Counted from the first letter of the stretch, positions 1 to 10,214 are shown. The stretch: 64,000 nucleotides of DNA from an uncultured Treponema sp. (GCA_964538245.1 CAZIFO010000001.1:58039-122038); one strand, 5' to 3'. Notes: a model not told the origin generated them from the sequence alone. Translations and numbers: made by a program.

Positions 1-1030
1 TAGGGAACGCCGGAGTAACCCAGTAGCCCTTCTCGTTCTTTACGCCCTGGTATCGCTGCTTTAAGACTTCCTCAATCACCATCGCGAGGTCTTCTTTTTC
101 CTGCTCGCTCTTGGCCTCGTTAAGATACATAAAGACTGTGATAAAAGGCGACTGGCCGTTTGTGGTCATCAGCGTTACAACTTGGTACTGGATTGTCTGC
201 ACGCCGCGCTTGATTTCGTCCTTTAGGCGCATATCGACAATTTCTTTCTTCTGTTCGTCTGTGTACTTTACGCCGAATTCTTCCTCCGTGCGCATAAGCT
301 CTTTCTGGAACTTCTTGCGGCTAACATCTACAAAAGGAACAAGATGAGTGAGAGAAATCGACTGGCCTCCGTACTGGCACGAGGCGACCTGCGCGATAAT
401 CTGAGTCGCGATGTTGCAGGCTGTCGAGAACGAGTGCGGAGTATCAATCTTTGTTCCTGAGATTACAGTTCCGTTCTGGAGCATATCCTCAAGGTTCACA
501 AGGTCGCAGTTGTGCATATGCTGCGCGAAGTAGTCTGCGTCATGGAAGTGGATGATTCCCTCATCGTGGGCCTTTACAATGTCCTCGTCAAGCAAAAATC
601 TCTTTGTGATGTCTTTTGAGACTTCTCCTGCCATGTAGTCGCGTTGCACGGAGACAACTGTAGAGTTCTTGTTTGAGTTCTCCTGCTTTACTTCCTCGTT
701 GTTGCACTCAAGGAGAGAGAGAATCTGGCTGTCTGTTGAGTTCGCCTTGCGCATAAGCTGGTGCTGGTAGCGGTAAGTGATATATTTTTTCGCGATGCTG
801 AACGCTCCGGCCTTCATGATCGCATCTTCGACCAAGTCCTGGATTGCCTCGACGTTCATCTCATGGTTCTCGGCTTCGCACTGTTTCTTTACATCTTCCG
901 ACATGCTCTTGATTTTCTCTTCGCTCAGCTGCTCCGAAACAGGAACTTCCTTGTTCGCCTTTGAGATCGCCGTTACAATTTTGCCTACGTCGAAAATTGC
1001 CTCTTCACCGTTGCGCTTGATGATTTTCAT
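1..1030 (-). CDS. nrdD: Anaerobic ribonucleoside-triphosphate reductase (class III), 5' part; runs off the window edge
   Basis: Own translation from ATG at 1030: MKIIKRNGEE..FD..KI..AI.KA (ATP-cone), then ENSNKN..QRDYMAGEVSK, HDEGIIHFHD, NCDLVNLEDMLQNG, QYGGQS. Not in the ORF track because it is truncated. Confidence 0.95.
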   Translation of the reverse strand, partial: MKIIKRNGEEAIFDVGKIVTAISKANKEVPVSEQLSEEKIKSMSEDVKKQCEAENHEMNVEAIQDLVEDAIMKAGAFSIAKKYITYRYQHQLMRKANSTDSQILSLLECNNEEVKQENSNKNSTVVSVQRDYMAGEVSKDITKRFLLDEDIVKAHDEGIIHFHDADYFAQHMHNCDLVNLEDMLQNGTVISGTKIDTPHSFSTACNIATQIIAQVASCQYGGQSISLTHLVPFVDVSRKKFQKELMRTEEEFGVKYTDEQKKEIVDMRLKDEIKRGVQTIQYQVVTLMTTNGQSPFITVFMYLNEAKSEQEKEDLAMVIEEVLKQRYQGVKNEKGYWVTPAFP

Positions 1031-1140
1031 GTTGTTGAACCCTCCAAAAACTTTTTAATTTTCTAACAAAATTTTATAAAAACCACTTGACTTTTCTTGA
1101 AAATATTCTAGTGGGTAAATTGTGGAAAACTTGTTAAAAA

Positions 1141-1156
1141 ACACTAGATATAGCGT
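1141..1156. promoter_or_regulatory. Probable NrdR box upstream of nrdD
   Basis: acaCtAgATaTaGcgt matches the NrdR palindromic consensus acaCwAtATaTwGtgt, about 110 bp upstream of nrdD. Confidence 0.65.
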
Positions 1157-1375
1157 TTTTTGAAAACATTGCAATAACTATAGTTTTATAATCGGAGCAT
1201 GTCAATGAAAAATACAGTGAAAATAGTTTAATTCAAAAAGAAGTCAGATTTGTCTAGTCAAGATATTTTTAAAGAAAATTCCGAGAAAATTATGATTTTG
1301 AAAATAACTTGGCTTTAGAATCAGCAAATTAAGAAAACATCTTAAGAATAATATCTAGGCTCCGAAAATCAAAGT

Positions 1376-1663
1376 ATGGATTTGAATTCAATTTGTAAAG
1401 AAATATACACATTCACTTGTCGGTCAAGCTGCGGAGCGGAAACTCCAGTCGCATATATTATTGTGAAGGTGGGAAAAGATTTTAAATTTAAAGATGCAGA
1501 TTTGATTCAAAGTTTTGACAAAATGAAATGGAATTCGCCGATTTCCACTGCGGATCTGGTTGTTGAGCATGACGACAATATGAAAGAGCTTTTTAAAGTA
1601 AGAGAAATTCAAGGATTTGTTGATGATGAAGGTCGGGAAATAGTTTATAAGGTTGACGATTGA
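1376..1663 (+). CDS. Hypothetical protein
   Basis: 95-aa ATG ORF with protein-like composition; no motif recognised. Confidence 0.6.
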   Translation: MDLNSICKEIYTFTCRSSCGAETPVAYIIVKVGKDFKFKDADLIQSFDKMKWNSPISTADLVVEHDDNMKELFKVREIQGFVDDEGREIVYKVDD

Positions 1664-1766
1664 ATTTTTTGGCAAAGATTTGAAGATTGCGTAAAGACTT
1701 TGTGATTTTTTATAGTTTTTGCTTTTTTGATTGAAAAACTATAATTTTTGATTCATACTTTCGTTT

Positions 1767-2153
1767 ATGAAAAATTTGAGGAAGGCTGAACGCTTTGCAG
1801 ATTTTGGCCGCATTGAAAACAGCGAAATTTGTATTGTGAGCGGCGTTTTGGAAGATATTAGCACGAGCGGCATAAAAGTTAGCTACAGCGTGCCTCCGTC
1901 AATTGACATGGATAAAGAGTATGAAGTTTCCGTGAGACTTTCACGTGTTGCTGACGCTCCGTTAAAACTGATTGTAAAACCTGTTAGAATTTGTAATGAT
2001 AATGATTCTGGAAAAACTTATGTAGGATTTTCAATTCTGCATTCTAAAGATTCAGCCCGGCTTTGCGATTATCTTTCCTTGCTAAAAAAAGATTCTGCGC
2101 CGGAAGAAAATCCTTCTTCTGAAAAAGTTGCCGTCAATTCGCTTTTTATTTAA
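1767..2153 (+). CDS. PilZ-domain protein
   Basis: RxxxR (RKAER) and DxSxxG (DISTSG) c-di-GMP-binding motifs. Confidence 0.8.
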   Translation: MKNLRKAERFADFGRIENSEICIVSGVLEDISTSGIKVSYSVPPSIDMDKEYEVSVRLSRVADAPLKLIVKPVRICNDNDSGKTYVGFSILHSKDSARLCDYLSLLKKDSAPEENPSSEKVAVNSLFI

Positions 2154-2156
2154 ATT

Positions 2157-3170
2157 ATGACAAAAATTGAAAAACTTAATGGAACATCGTTTCTTGCGTT
2201 TCCGGAGATGAAAAATCTTCTTGTTTCAGAGCTTAACGACAGGTTCGGCCTTGACGTTTCTGAATTTGAAAGCGCGTCCTCTAAATGGTTTGGCGATTTG
2301 CTTTATCTTCCAGATTTTGTTCCTCAAAAAGATGAAAAAGGAGATTTTGTTCTTCCTTACTGGGCGCGCACTTGCTGCTTAAATCCTTTTATTCTCCATT
2401 TTGATTCAATCGGCGAGGCGGCTTCTGAGCTAAAAAAAATCCAGCGGAACTGGGCGCCTTACCAGTACCAGCTTTTCCGCCGCGCCAGCTTGATCCAGGA
2501 AAAGCTCCCGTATATAAATCTAAAGACGCGGAAATTTCCTTGCAAAATTCCAAACACGCCGATGGGACTTTTTACGCTTCTGGATGAAAAGACAATGATT
2601 GCCTCGGCCGAAACTTCAAGTCCGCTTCCGGCAGGAAAAATTGAATTTGTTGAGGATCACGAAAATCCGCCGAGCCGCGCTTATCTAAAAATCGAGGAAA
2701 GCCTGACGCTTTTTTCAAGCTTTATGGGCGGCGAGCTTCCCGGAGAAAATTCAAAGTGCTTTGAAGCCGGAGCGTGTCCCGGCGGCTGGACTTGGGTTTT
2801 ACGTCAGCTTGGAGCTGATGTTTTCGCTGTTGACCGCGCCGAGCTTGCTCCAAGCCTTATGAACGATCCTCACGTCAAATTTCTTGCGCACGACGCTTTT
2901 ACGCTAAAGCCTGAGGATGTCTGCCGCGAAATGAGCTGCGAGAAGCTTGATTTTGTCTTGAGCGATGTAATCTGCTATCCAGAGCGGCTTTTGCAGTGGA
3001 TTCAGATGTGGCTTGACTCAGGGCGCGCTAAAAATATCATCTGCACAATAAAAATGCAGGGGGCGATAGAATGGAATCTGATTTCTAAATTCGCCGCGAT
3101 TCCTGACAGCCGGATTTTTCATCTGAATTACAACAAGCACGAGCTGACAATAGCGATTCGCAATTCATAA
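2157..3170 (+). CDS. RlmM/FtsJ-like SAM-dependent rRNA methyltransferase
   Basis: PPSRAYLKIEE, GACPGGWT, AVDR, SDV and K..HNKHE-like motifs. Confidence 0.8.
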   Translation: MTKIEKLNGTSFLAFPEMKNLLVSELNDRFGLDVSEFESASSKWFGDLLYLPDFVPQKDEKGDFVLPYWARTCCLNPFILHFDSIGEAASELKKIQRNWAPYQYQLFRRASLIQEKLPYINLKTRKFPCKIPNTPMGLFTLLDEKTMIASAETSSPLPAGKIEFVEDHENPPSRAYLKIEESLTLFSSFMGGELPGENSKCFEAGACPGGWTWVLRQLGADVFAVDRAELAPSLMNDPHVKFLAHDAFTLKPEDVCREMSCEKLDFVLSDVICYPERLLQWIQMWLDSGRAKNIICTIKMQGAIEWNLISKFAAIPDSRIFHLNYNKHELTIAIRNS

Positions 3171-3212
3171 TTTTTAAAGGCCGCGCAGAAAAGTCTGCCA
3201 AGGAATATAATT

Positions 3213-3818
3213 TTGAGAAAAAAGCACATTCCTGCCAAAAAACTTTATTTTATTATGAACAAGGCGGCCGGAACTGTCTGTTCGAGCGTGAGCGACAGGC
3301 GGCGCACGGTTTACGAGTCTTTTCCGCCTGAAATTCTTTATGATAAAAACGGAGCAAAGCTCCATACTGTCGGGCGGCTCGACGCGGACACGGAAGGCTT
3401 GCTTTTGCTTACGAACGACGGCAGGCTCAGCAATTTTTTGACGCGGCCGGAAAATAAAATCAAAAAAACTTACCTTGTTGTTCTGAAAAATCCTGTTCTG
3501 GAAGATGAGCAGAAAATTTATTCCAAAAAAACGGAGGCAGGACTTCCTCTTCCTGCTGAAAAGAAATTTGGTGAGCAAAAGTCAGGGCCGGCTTTTCTTG
3601 AATGGATTTCTGAGAATGAATGCAAAATCACTTTGACAGAAGGAAAATTCCACGAAGTCAAAAGAGTTTTCCGCGCGCTTGGAAACGAAGTTGAAAAATT
3701 AATGCGAGTTTCTTTCGCGGGAATTCCGCTTCCAAAAGATTTGAAAAGCGGAGAATGGCGCGCGCTGACGGAATATGAGCTTGAAAAGCTTTCGCTGCTT
3801 GCGCCGCTTGAGCGGTAG
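3213..3818 (+). CDS. RsuA-family pseudouridine synthase
   Basis: MNKxxG, VGRLDADTEGLLLLTNDG, EGKFHEVKR. Confidence 0.9.
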   Translation: MRKKHIPAKKLYFIMNKAAGTVCSSVSDRRRTVYESFPPEILYDKNGAKLHTVGRLDADTEGLLLLTNDGRLSNFLTRPENKIKKTYLVVLKNPVLEDEQKIYSKKTEAGLPLPAEKKFGEQKSGPAFLEWISENECKITLTEGKFHEVKRVFRALGNEVEKLMRVSFAGIPLPKDLKSGEWRALTEYELEKLSLLAPLER

Positions 3819-3916
3819 GCTATGGAGCCCCGGAGTTCTGGAGCGGAACGAAGTGAAGCGGAAGAATGAGCGTGAGCGAAGGGCGGAACAGCCGGCGGCG
3901 AAGCCGTACCGCCCGA
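3808..3916 (+). ncRNA. Flavo-1-like structured RNA/repeat element, copy 1 (overlaps the synthase stop codon)
   Basis: Nested stems GCGGT/ACCGC, GGCT/AGCC, GCCC/GGGC, TTCT/AGAA plus CGGC-GAA-GCCG hairpin; covaries with copy 2 at 13500-13605. Confidence 0.55.
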
Positions 3917-3934
3917 ATTTCTATGATTTTTGCG

Positions 3935-4504
3935 CTAATTTGAAATCCACCATTCGTAGAGCCGCTTGTCGTCCGTAAGCTCCGGATGAAAGCTCAGCGC
4001 GGTTTGGTTCTTGTAGCGGGCGGCGACGATTTTTCCGTCAACCTCCGCGAGAACTTCAGCTCCGCTGGAAACGCTCTCGATGTACGGCGCGCGGATAAAA
4101 GTCATCGGGATTTTTCCGACGTGCGCAAAGTCCGCCTCCGTAAAAAAGCTTCCGAGCTGGCGGCCGTAGGCGTTGCGCTTTACTGTTACAGGCATTGTCG
4201 CAAAGTGCACGCGGCTGTCGTTCTCGATTTTTTGTGCGAGAAGAATAAGGCCCGCGCAAGTGGCAAGGACTTTGACTCCGCCTTCGATTCTTTCCTTTAA
4301 TATGGAAAAAAGGCCGAGCTCGCGCAAAAGCTTTCCCTGGACTGTGCTTTCGCCGCCTGGAAGAACGAGCGCGTCGAATGATTTTTCTGCGTCGCGCCTT
4401 TCGCGGATTTCAAAAGTTTCGATTCCAAGCTCAGAAAGTTTTTTCTCGTGCTCTATGAACGCGCCCTGAAGCGCAAGAACTGCCGCTTTCATTTTCCCCT
4501 CCAT
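3935..4504 (-). CDS. pdxT: PLP synthase glutaminase subunit
   Basis: LALQGAF, LPGGEST, ATCAG, RNAYGRQ, FIRAP, FHPEL. Confidence 0.95.
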   Translation of the reverse strand: MEGKMKAAVLALQGAFIEHEKKLSELGIETFEIRERRDAEKSFDALVLPGGESTVQGKLLRELGLFSILKERIEGGVKVLATCAGLILLAQKIENDSRVHFATMPVTVKRNAYGRQLGSFFTEADFAHVGKIPMTFIRAPYIESVSSGAEVLAEVDGKIVAARYKNQTALSFHPELTDDKRLYEWWISN

Positions 4505-5394
4505 TATTTTCCGCGCTCTGCCATTAAAAGAGCAATCTCGTCCGCGTTGATTCCGACCATCGCCTCGCCCAAGTCTTCTGAAAGCTCTGCAATCAGCTTT
4601 GCGTCCTTGTAGTTTGTAACGGCTTTAACAATCGCAGCCGCGCGCTTCGCCGGATTTCCGCTCTTGAAGATTCCGCTTCCGACAAAGACGCCTTCCGCGC
4701 CGAGCTGCATCATCAGCGCCGCGTCTGCCGGAGTTGCCACTCCGCCTGCAGCAAAGTTCACGACCGGAAGCTTTCTGTTGTCATGCACAAACTCAACAAG
4801 CTCATACGGAACCTGGAGATTCTTCGCCTCCTCAAAAAGCTCGTCCTCGCGCATCGAGCTGATTTTCGCAATCTCGCTGTTCATCTTTCGCATGTGGCGC
4901 ACGGCCTGCACAACGTCGCCTGTCCCAGGCTCGCCTTTGGTGCGTATCATCGACGCGCCTTCCGCAATTCTTCTGAGCGCCTCGCCCAAGTCTTTCGCTC
5001 CGCAAACAAACGGAACCTTGAAGTCGTGCTTGTTGATGTGATAAACATCGTCCGCCGGGGAAAGAACCTCGCTCTCGTCAATGTAGTCAATCTCAATCGC
5101 CTCAAGAATCTGCGCCTCTACAAAATGCCCGATGCGGCACTTTGCCATTACAGGAATTGAAACCGCGTTCTGGATTCCTTTTATCATCTTAGGGTCGCTC
5201 ATTCTGGCCACACCGCCCGCCGCGCGTATGTCCGCCGGAATCCGCTCCAGCGCCATGACCGCGCACGCTCCCGCCTCCTCCGCGATTTTCGCCTGTTCTG
5301 GAGTTGTCACGTCCATAATCACGCCGCCTTTTAGCATCTGCGCGAGGTTCTTGTTGAGTTCGTACTGTTTTTTCTGTTCGTCTGTCAGTTTCAT
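4504..5394 (-). CDS. pdxS: PLP synthase lyase subunit
   Basis: [36 protein letters not shown]; start placed at the ATG after the GGAGA RBS. Confidence 0.97.
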   Translation of the reverse strand: MKLTDEQKKQYELNKNLAQMLKGGVIMDVTTPEQAKIAEEAGACAVMALERIPADIRAAGGVARMSDPKMIKGIQNAVSIPVMAKCRIGHFVEAQILEAIEIDYIDESEVLSPADDVYHINKHDFKVPFVCGAKDLGEALRRIAEGASMIRTKGEPGTGDVVQAVRHMRKMNSEIAKISSMREDELFEEAKNLQVPYELVEFVHDNRKLPVVNFAAGGVATPADAALMMQLGAEGVFVGSGIFKSGNPAKRAAAIVKAVTNYKDAKLIAELSEDLGEAMVGINADEIALLMAERGK

Positions 5395-5705
5395 ATTTTC
5401 TCCATTTTCTTCGCCACGGATGGCGAAATAATAAAGCGCTTCGCTATTGCGAGCAAAGCGAAGAAATCTGTTCACCGGTGAAACTGAATTATGGAGAAAG
5501 AATAAAATCATTTTGGTATTAGTTAAAGAATCAATTTTAAAGATTTTTTATAATACCAGATTTTATTCAATTTTTATCAAAATCATACTTAAGATTGTTT
5601 TCTTAATTTTTTTTAAGAAAAATATTTTTTAAAACGTTTTCGCTCTTGACTGTAAAAAAAATATCTACTAATAATTCAGACAAAGGGAAACAGCTTGGGA
5701 AAATT

Positions 5706-6746
5706 ATGATGGCTTCGACTAAGCATGAAATTTTTATTGTTGATGATTCAAAACTGATGGTCTCAATGGCGCGTAAAATTCTTGAAAAAGATCCGCGGCT
5801 GGCTGTGGCTTCGGCTAGTTCTGGAGAGGAATGCCTTGAGATTTTAAAGACTTACAAGCCGGATTTAATTCTTCTTGACATTGTAATGCCCGGCAAAGAC
5901 GGATTTGAAGTTCTGCACGAGCTTAAGTCTAATCCTGAGACAAACGCCATTCCTGTGATTTTTTTGACCGGAGACGAGCACGGAGAGTCGGAAATCAGAG
6001 GATTAAAAGAGGGCGCGGTGGATTTTATCACAAAGCCTTTTGTTCCTGAAGTTTTGCTTCAGCGCGTAAAGAACAACATTGAGCTTTCCTTGCTCCAGAA
6101 GAATCTGCAGCGTGAAGTCGCGCGCCAGACAGAAAAAAACAGGCTTTTGACACGTGAAGTTATCGAGGCGCTTTCGAGCACAGTTGACGCCAAAGACCAT
6201 TACACACGCGGCCATTCTGCGCGTGTCGGAAAATACGCCAGGGAGATTGCGCGCCGCCTTGGCAAGAACGAAGCTGAGCAGGAAGAAATTTACTACATGG
6301 GGCTTCTGCATGACATCGGAAAAATAGGAGTTTCCGGAAACATAATCAGAAAAGACGGCCGCCTCGAGGATGATGAATTTGAAGAAATCAAGGAACATCC
6401 GATCACAGGATTTAATATTCTAAGGAAAATCACTGTTCTTCCGGATTTAGCGACCGGAGCAAGATGGCATCACGAGCATTATGACGGAACCGGCTATCCA
6501 GACGGCCTAAAAGGGACAAATATTCCTGAGGGCGCGCGCATTATAGCCGTCGCAGATGCTTATGACGCTATGACTTCAAAACGCAGCTATTCACAGATCC
6601 GCCCGCAGGCGGAAGTCCGCGCGGAGATTGAAAAAGGCAAAGGCCGGCAGTTTGATCCGGTGATTGCTGACATCATGATTGAAATGATTGACGAGGACAA
6701 GGACTACAAAATGAAAGAATCAGAGGAAGAAGCCGACAAGGCTTAA
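5706..6746 (+). CDS. Response regulator with HD-GYP c-di-GMP phosphodiesterase domain
   Basis: REC domain (IVDD, LLDIVMP, KPF) plus LLHDIGK and HHEHYDGTGYP. Confidence 0.92.
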   Translation: MMASTKHEIFIVDDSKLMVSMARKILEKDPRLAVASASSGEECLEILKTYKPDLILLDIVMPGKDGFEVLHELKSNPETNAIPVIFLTGDEHGESEIRGLKEGAVDFITKPFVPEVLLQRVKNNIELSLLQKNLQREVARQTEKNRLLTREVIEALSSTVDAKDHYTRGHSARVGKYAREIARRLGKNEAEQEEIYYMGLLHDIGKIGVSGNIIRKDGRLEDDEFEEIKEHPITGFNILRKITVLPDLATGARWHHEHYDGTGYPDGLKGTNIPEGARIIAVADAYDAMTSKRSYSQIRPQAEVRAEIEKGKGRQFDPVIADIMIEMIDEDKDYKMKESEEEADKA

Positions 6747-6767
6747 TTCTTCAGATTTTCCGGAAAT

Positions 6768-7070
6768 CTACACAAGAAAATATTCCATCGCGAACACAAC
6801 GGCGCAGCAAACGCAGGCGACAGGAAAAAGCCCGGCCCCAAGCCAGCTAAGCACAATTCCGATTACAAGCGCGGCGGCTCCGGCCAGCGGCGTCTGCGTC
6901 GCCTCGATAATCGCGGGAAAAGTCATCACCGAGAGCGTCACATACGGAACATAATATAGAAAAGAACGTATAAACTGATTTTTAATCGGCTTCCTGATAA
7001 GAGTAAGCGGCAGAACGCGGATTAAATATGAGACAAACCAGGCTGTAAATATGTAGATATAAATTTTCAC
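6768..7070 (-). CDS. azlD: AzlD-family branched-chain amino acid transport protein
   Basis: Small hydrophobic ORF (YLIRVLP, FLYYVPY); GTG start overlaps the azlC stop (GTGA). Confidence 0.8.
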   Translation of the reverse strand: MKIYIYIFTAWFVSYLIRVLPLTLIRKPIKNQFIRSFLYYVPYVTLSVMTFPAIIEATQTPLAGAAALVIGIVLSWLGAGLFPVACVCCAVVFAMEYFLV

Positions 7071-7801
7071 GATTTTTCCTCTTCTTTTACAGGCTTTAAG
7101 ATTGCAGCTAGGGACGAAACCACGAGCGTCAGGATGATTGTGCGCGTGCCGGAGCTCAAGGTCTTTACTGCAGGAAGAACCGAGCAAAGCCAGCTTAAAG
7201 CGAAGCACGCAGGAACAATGATTCTGATTGCAAGGTTTTTCTTCGCCGGAGGAATTATGATTGCGATGAACATTCCGTAGAGCGCGACAGAAAGAGCGCT
7301 TACCGCGCGGGCAGGCAAAGCGTTTCCGGCAATCACGCCGAAATAAGTTCCAAACGACCAGAGCAGGACTGCGACAGACATAACTCCGTAGTTGTACGCC
7401 GGCTTGATTTTTCCGGGGCGCGCGATTGTCACTCCGAAAATCTCGTCTGTGATTCCAAATCCAATCAGAAGCCTGTGGATAAAAGAAGTTTTCTCCCCGA
7501 ATTTCTGGCTCAAGGCGCAGCTCATCAGAAGATAGCGCGCATTTACAATCAGCGTTATGAGCGCGACCTCAAAGTAGCTCGCCGCCTGCTCAATAGAAGT
7601 GAAAAGCGCGTACTCGCCTGCGCTAGCAAGGTTGAAAAAGCTCGCGATAAATCCCTGGAGCGGCGTAAGGTTCGCGCGCTTCGCGATAATTCCGAGCGAA
7701 AAGGAAACTGCGAAATATCCGAGTCCGATCGGAATTCCTGCCGCAAACCCCTCAAAAAATATCTTGACGTTTGAGTTCTGCTTTAAGATGATTTTAGACA
7801 T
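7067..7801 (-). CDS. azlC: AzlC-family permease
   Basis: GIPIGLGY, VNARYLLMS, ITDEIFG. Confidence 0.88.
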   Translation of the reverse strand: MSKIILKQNSNVKIFFEGFAAGIPIGLGYFAVSFSLGIIAKRANLTPLQGFIASFFNLASAGEYALFTSIEQAASYFEVALITLIVNARYLLMSCALSQKFGEKTSFIHRLLIGFGITDEIFGVTIARPGKIKPAYNYGVMSVAVLLWSFGTYFGVIAGNALPARAVSALSVALYGMFIAIIIPPAKKNLAIRIIVPACFALSWLCSVLPAVKTLSSGTRTIILTLVVSSLAAILKPVKEEEKS

Positions 7802-7948
7802 TTTTCAAACTTTATTGCTTTTCGTGTTTTTCCGCAACTGGAGAAAATAAACCGATTTTTACTCGGACAAAACCGACTCAATTTCTTCCGAGTAAAATTG
7901 ATTTTTATATGATTTGCGGTTATTCTTTTTACACAGGACTTGATATCT

Positions 7949-9337
7949 ATGGAAGAATTTCTTGGAAGAGAAAACGAGCTAAAATCAATCAGCAGTTTTT
8001 TTCACTCAGACAAAAGCCATGCCACGCTGATTTATGGACGCAGGAGAATCGGAAAAACGGAGCTTCTGAAACAGGCTTTAAAGAATTCTGATTATCTTTC
8101 TATATATTATGAATGCAAGGAAACGAGCGAAGCCAACAATGTCTCAAGTTTAAGCGCGATAATTTCCGATGCTCTTTCGTTTCCTCCGCTGGCGTTCTCT
8201 GACTTTGAGCAGGTTCTGAGCTTTATCTACAAACAGGCCGAAAGCAAAGAAATCATTTTCATTCTTGATGAATATTCTTATCTTGAAAAAGTTATAAAAG
8301 GATTGGACTCAATAATTCAGTCATTTATTGACAATCACAAAAATTCAAAGCTTAAGCTTGTCCTCTGCGGCTCTTACATAGAAACAATGGAGTCGCTTCT
8401 AGAAAAGCAGAATCCGCTTTTTGGACGCTTTGACCTTGTGATAAATCTTAAGGCCATGGACTATTATGACTCAGCCTTGTTCTACAAAGAATTTTCAGAT
8501 GAAGACAAGGTCAGGCTTTATTCAGTTTTTGGAGGAATTCCATATTACAATGCCCTTATTGATTCAAGCAAAACTGTAAAAGAAAATATCATAAGCCTTA
8601 TCGCAAGCAGAGGAAGCCGTCTTGAAAATGAAGTTTCAATGTACCTGCGCTCTGAAATCTCAAAAATGACAAACGCCTACGAAGTGTTTGAAACTTTGGC
8701 GAAAGGCTATGTCCGTTTTGCAGACATTCTTTCCCAGTCGAATGTTTCAAGCTCGCCTGCGCTCGCTGATGTCCTGTCAAAACTTATGAAAATGGAAGTT
8801 GTCAAAAAAGAATCGCCAATAAATGACGAGAACAACAAGAAAAAGAGCGGATATTTTATATGCGACCAGCTGAGCCTTTTTTATTTCAAGTATGTTTATA
8901 GAAATCTTTCCCGGCTTAATGTTATGAATCCTGATGTTTTCTATGAAAAGTTTATAATAGAAGATTTTGAGGAGCATTTTGTTCCAAAATCTTTTGAAAA
9001 TGTATGCAAAGAATTTCTCATCAGAAAAAACAAAAATGCCGAGCTTGAAAATTCGTTTGAGAAAATCGGCAAATATTATTACGACGATGCGAAAAACAAG
9101 AAAAACGGAGAATTCGACATTGTAACGGAATCTGACGGAGAATACATTTTTTATGAGGCAAAATTCAAGAATTCTCCGCTTGACAAAACTGCAATCAAGG
9201 ATGAAATAAGGCAGGTTGAAGAATCCGGTTTTATCTGCAAGAAATATGGATTCTTTTCAAAATCCGGATTTAAGGATTTAGACAAGGATTTCGCAAGCAA
9301 TCTGATTCTTTTTACGCTCGAAGATTTGTATAAATGA
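7949..9337 (+). CDS. AAA-family ATPase (archaeal-type) with C-terminal DUF234/PD-(D/E)xK-like domain
   Basis: FLGRENEL, Walker A YGRRRIGKT, Walker B ILDEY, GGIPYY, C-terminal EFDIV..EAK. Confidence 0.88.
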   Translation: MEEFLGRENELKSISSFFHSDKSHATLIYGRRRIGKTELLKQALKNSDYLSIYYECKETSEANNVSSLSAIISDALSFPPLAFSDFEQVLSFIYKQAESKEIIFILDEYSYLEKVIKGLDSIIQSFIDNHKNSKLKLVLCGSYIETMESLLEKQNPLFGRFDLVINLKAMDYYDSALFYKEFSDEDKVRLYSVFGGIPYYNALIDSSKTVKENIISLIASRGSRLENEVSMYLRSEISKMTNAYEVFETLAKGYVRFADILSQSNVSSSPALADVLSKLMKMEVVKKESPINDENNKKKSGYFICDQLSLFYFKYVYRNLSRLNVMNPDVFYEKFIIEDFEEHFVPKSFENVCKEFLIRKNKNAELENSFEKIGKYYYDDAKNKKNGEFDIVTESDGEYIFYEAKFKNSPLDKTAIKDEIRQVEESGFICKKYGFFSKSGFKDLDKDFASNLILFTLEDLYK

Positions 9338-9771
9338 AAAAATACAATAAAAACGCAGTGCTTAAATAAATTTGGGGTGTTTAGGCATTGAACTGATTGA
9401 TATTGGTTATTCCAGACCTTTTCCAACGAACAAATTGAAAACATAAAGAAAATGTCTTTCCGGACAGTTTCTTTTTGCAAATTTCAGGGAAAAAGTCCTG
9501 CCACCTTAGCGGGCTAGCTGGCAGGCTTTATCAGCTAAGGCGGCAGGACTGAGCGGCTAAACTGGCAGTGCTGAGCAAGTCAGAAAACACTAGCTGAATA
9601 AATAAATTCAGAATATCTGCCGTAAATTTAATATGGACAATCTATTTATTTACAATTTTTCACCGTCGGAGTTTGCAATGCACACTCCTATGTCCCAGAC
9701 TCGCTTTCCATCCACATAAACAATCAACACCGGAGTCAGGTCTTTTCTGCGGATTTAAAATTGCGCTATGC

Positions 9772-10092
9772 TTAAATCCGCCTTTTCAAAAAAGCGTTTT
9801 CTATCGTTTGCCTGACCGAATCCTGAAGTTCTGTCTTGAAAACATCAAAGTCCAGTTCCTCAGTTTTATCTTCTGTTTGTGGAAGCAAAAGTTCTGACGG
9901 AGTCGTCCTAAGAACCTCGGCAAGCTTAATCAAAGTTTTGTCGCTTACCCAGGTTCTGCATCCCTCAATGTCATTTATTGTCTGGGCTGAAAGCCCTGTT
10001 TTCTCCGCCAGTTTTTCCTGAGTCAAAGAATACTTTTTGCGACGTTCTTTTATATTTAAAGACAAGCTTTCCCGAAGTTCAGTTTGATTCAT
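9772..10092 (-). CDS. XRE-family HTH regulator
   Basis: LTQEKLAEKTGLSAQTINDIE. Confidence 0.88.
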   Translation of the reverse strand: MNQTELRESLSLNIKERRKKYSLTQEKLAEKTGLSAQTINDIEGCRTWVSDKTLIKLAEVLRTTPSELLLPQTEDKTEELDFDVFKTELQDSVRQTIENAFLKRRI

Positions 10093-10214
10093 AGAAAGAA
10101 TTCTACGGTAAAAGTAAGAGTTGACAACTTGATATTATCTGATTCTTATCATAACTAATAGCAAGTGCTTATTATTGATATTAGTCATAATTTAAAAAAT
10201 GAGGAAAACTAAAA

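Noticed and set aside
9648..9752. Short minus-strand frame IRRKDLTPVLIVYVDGKRVWDIG..
   Set aside because: No convincing start or RBS; at most an unidentifiable gene remnant.
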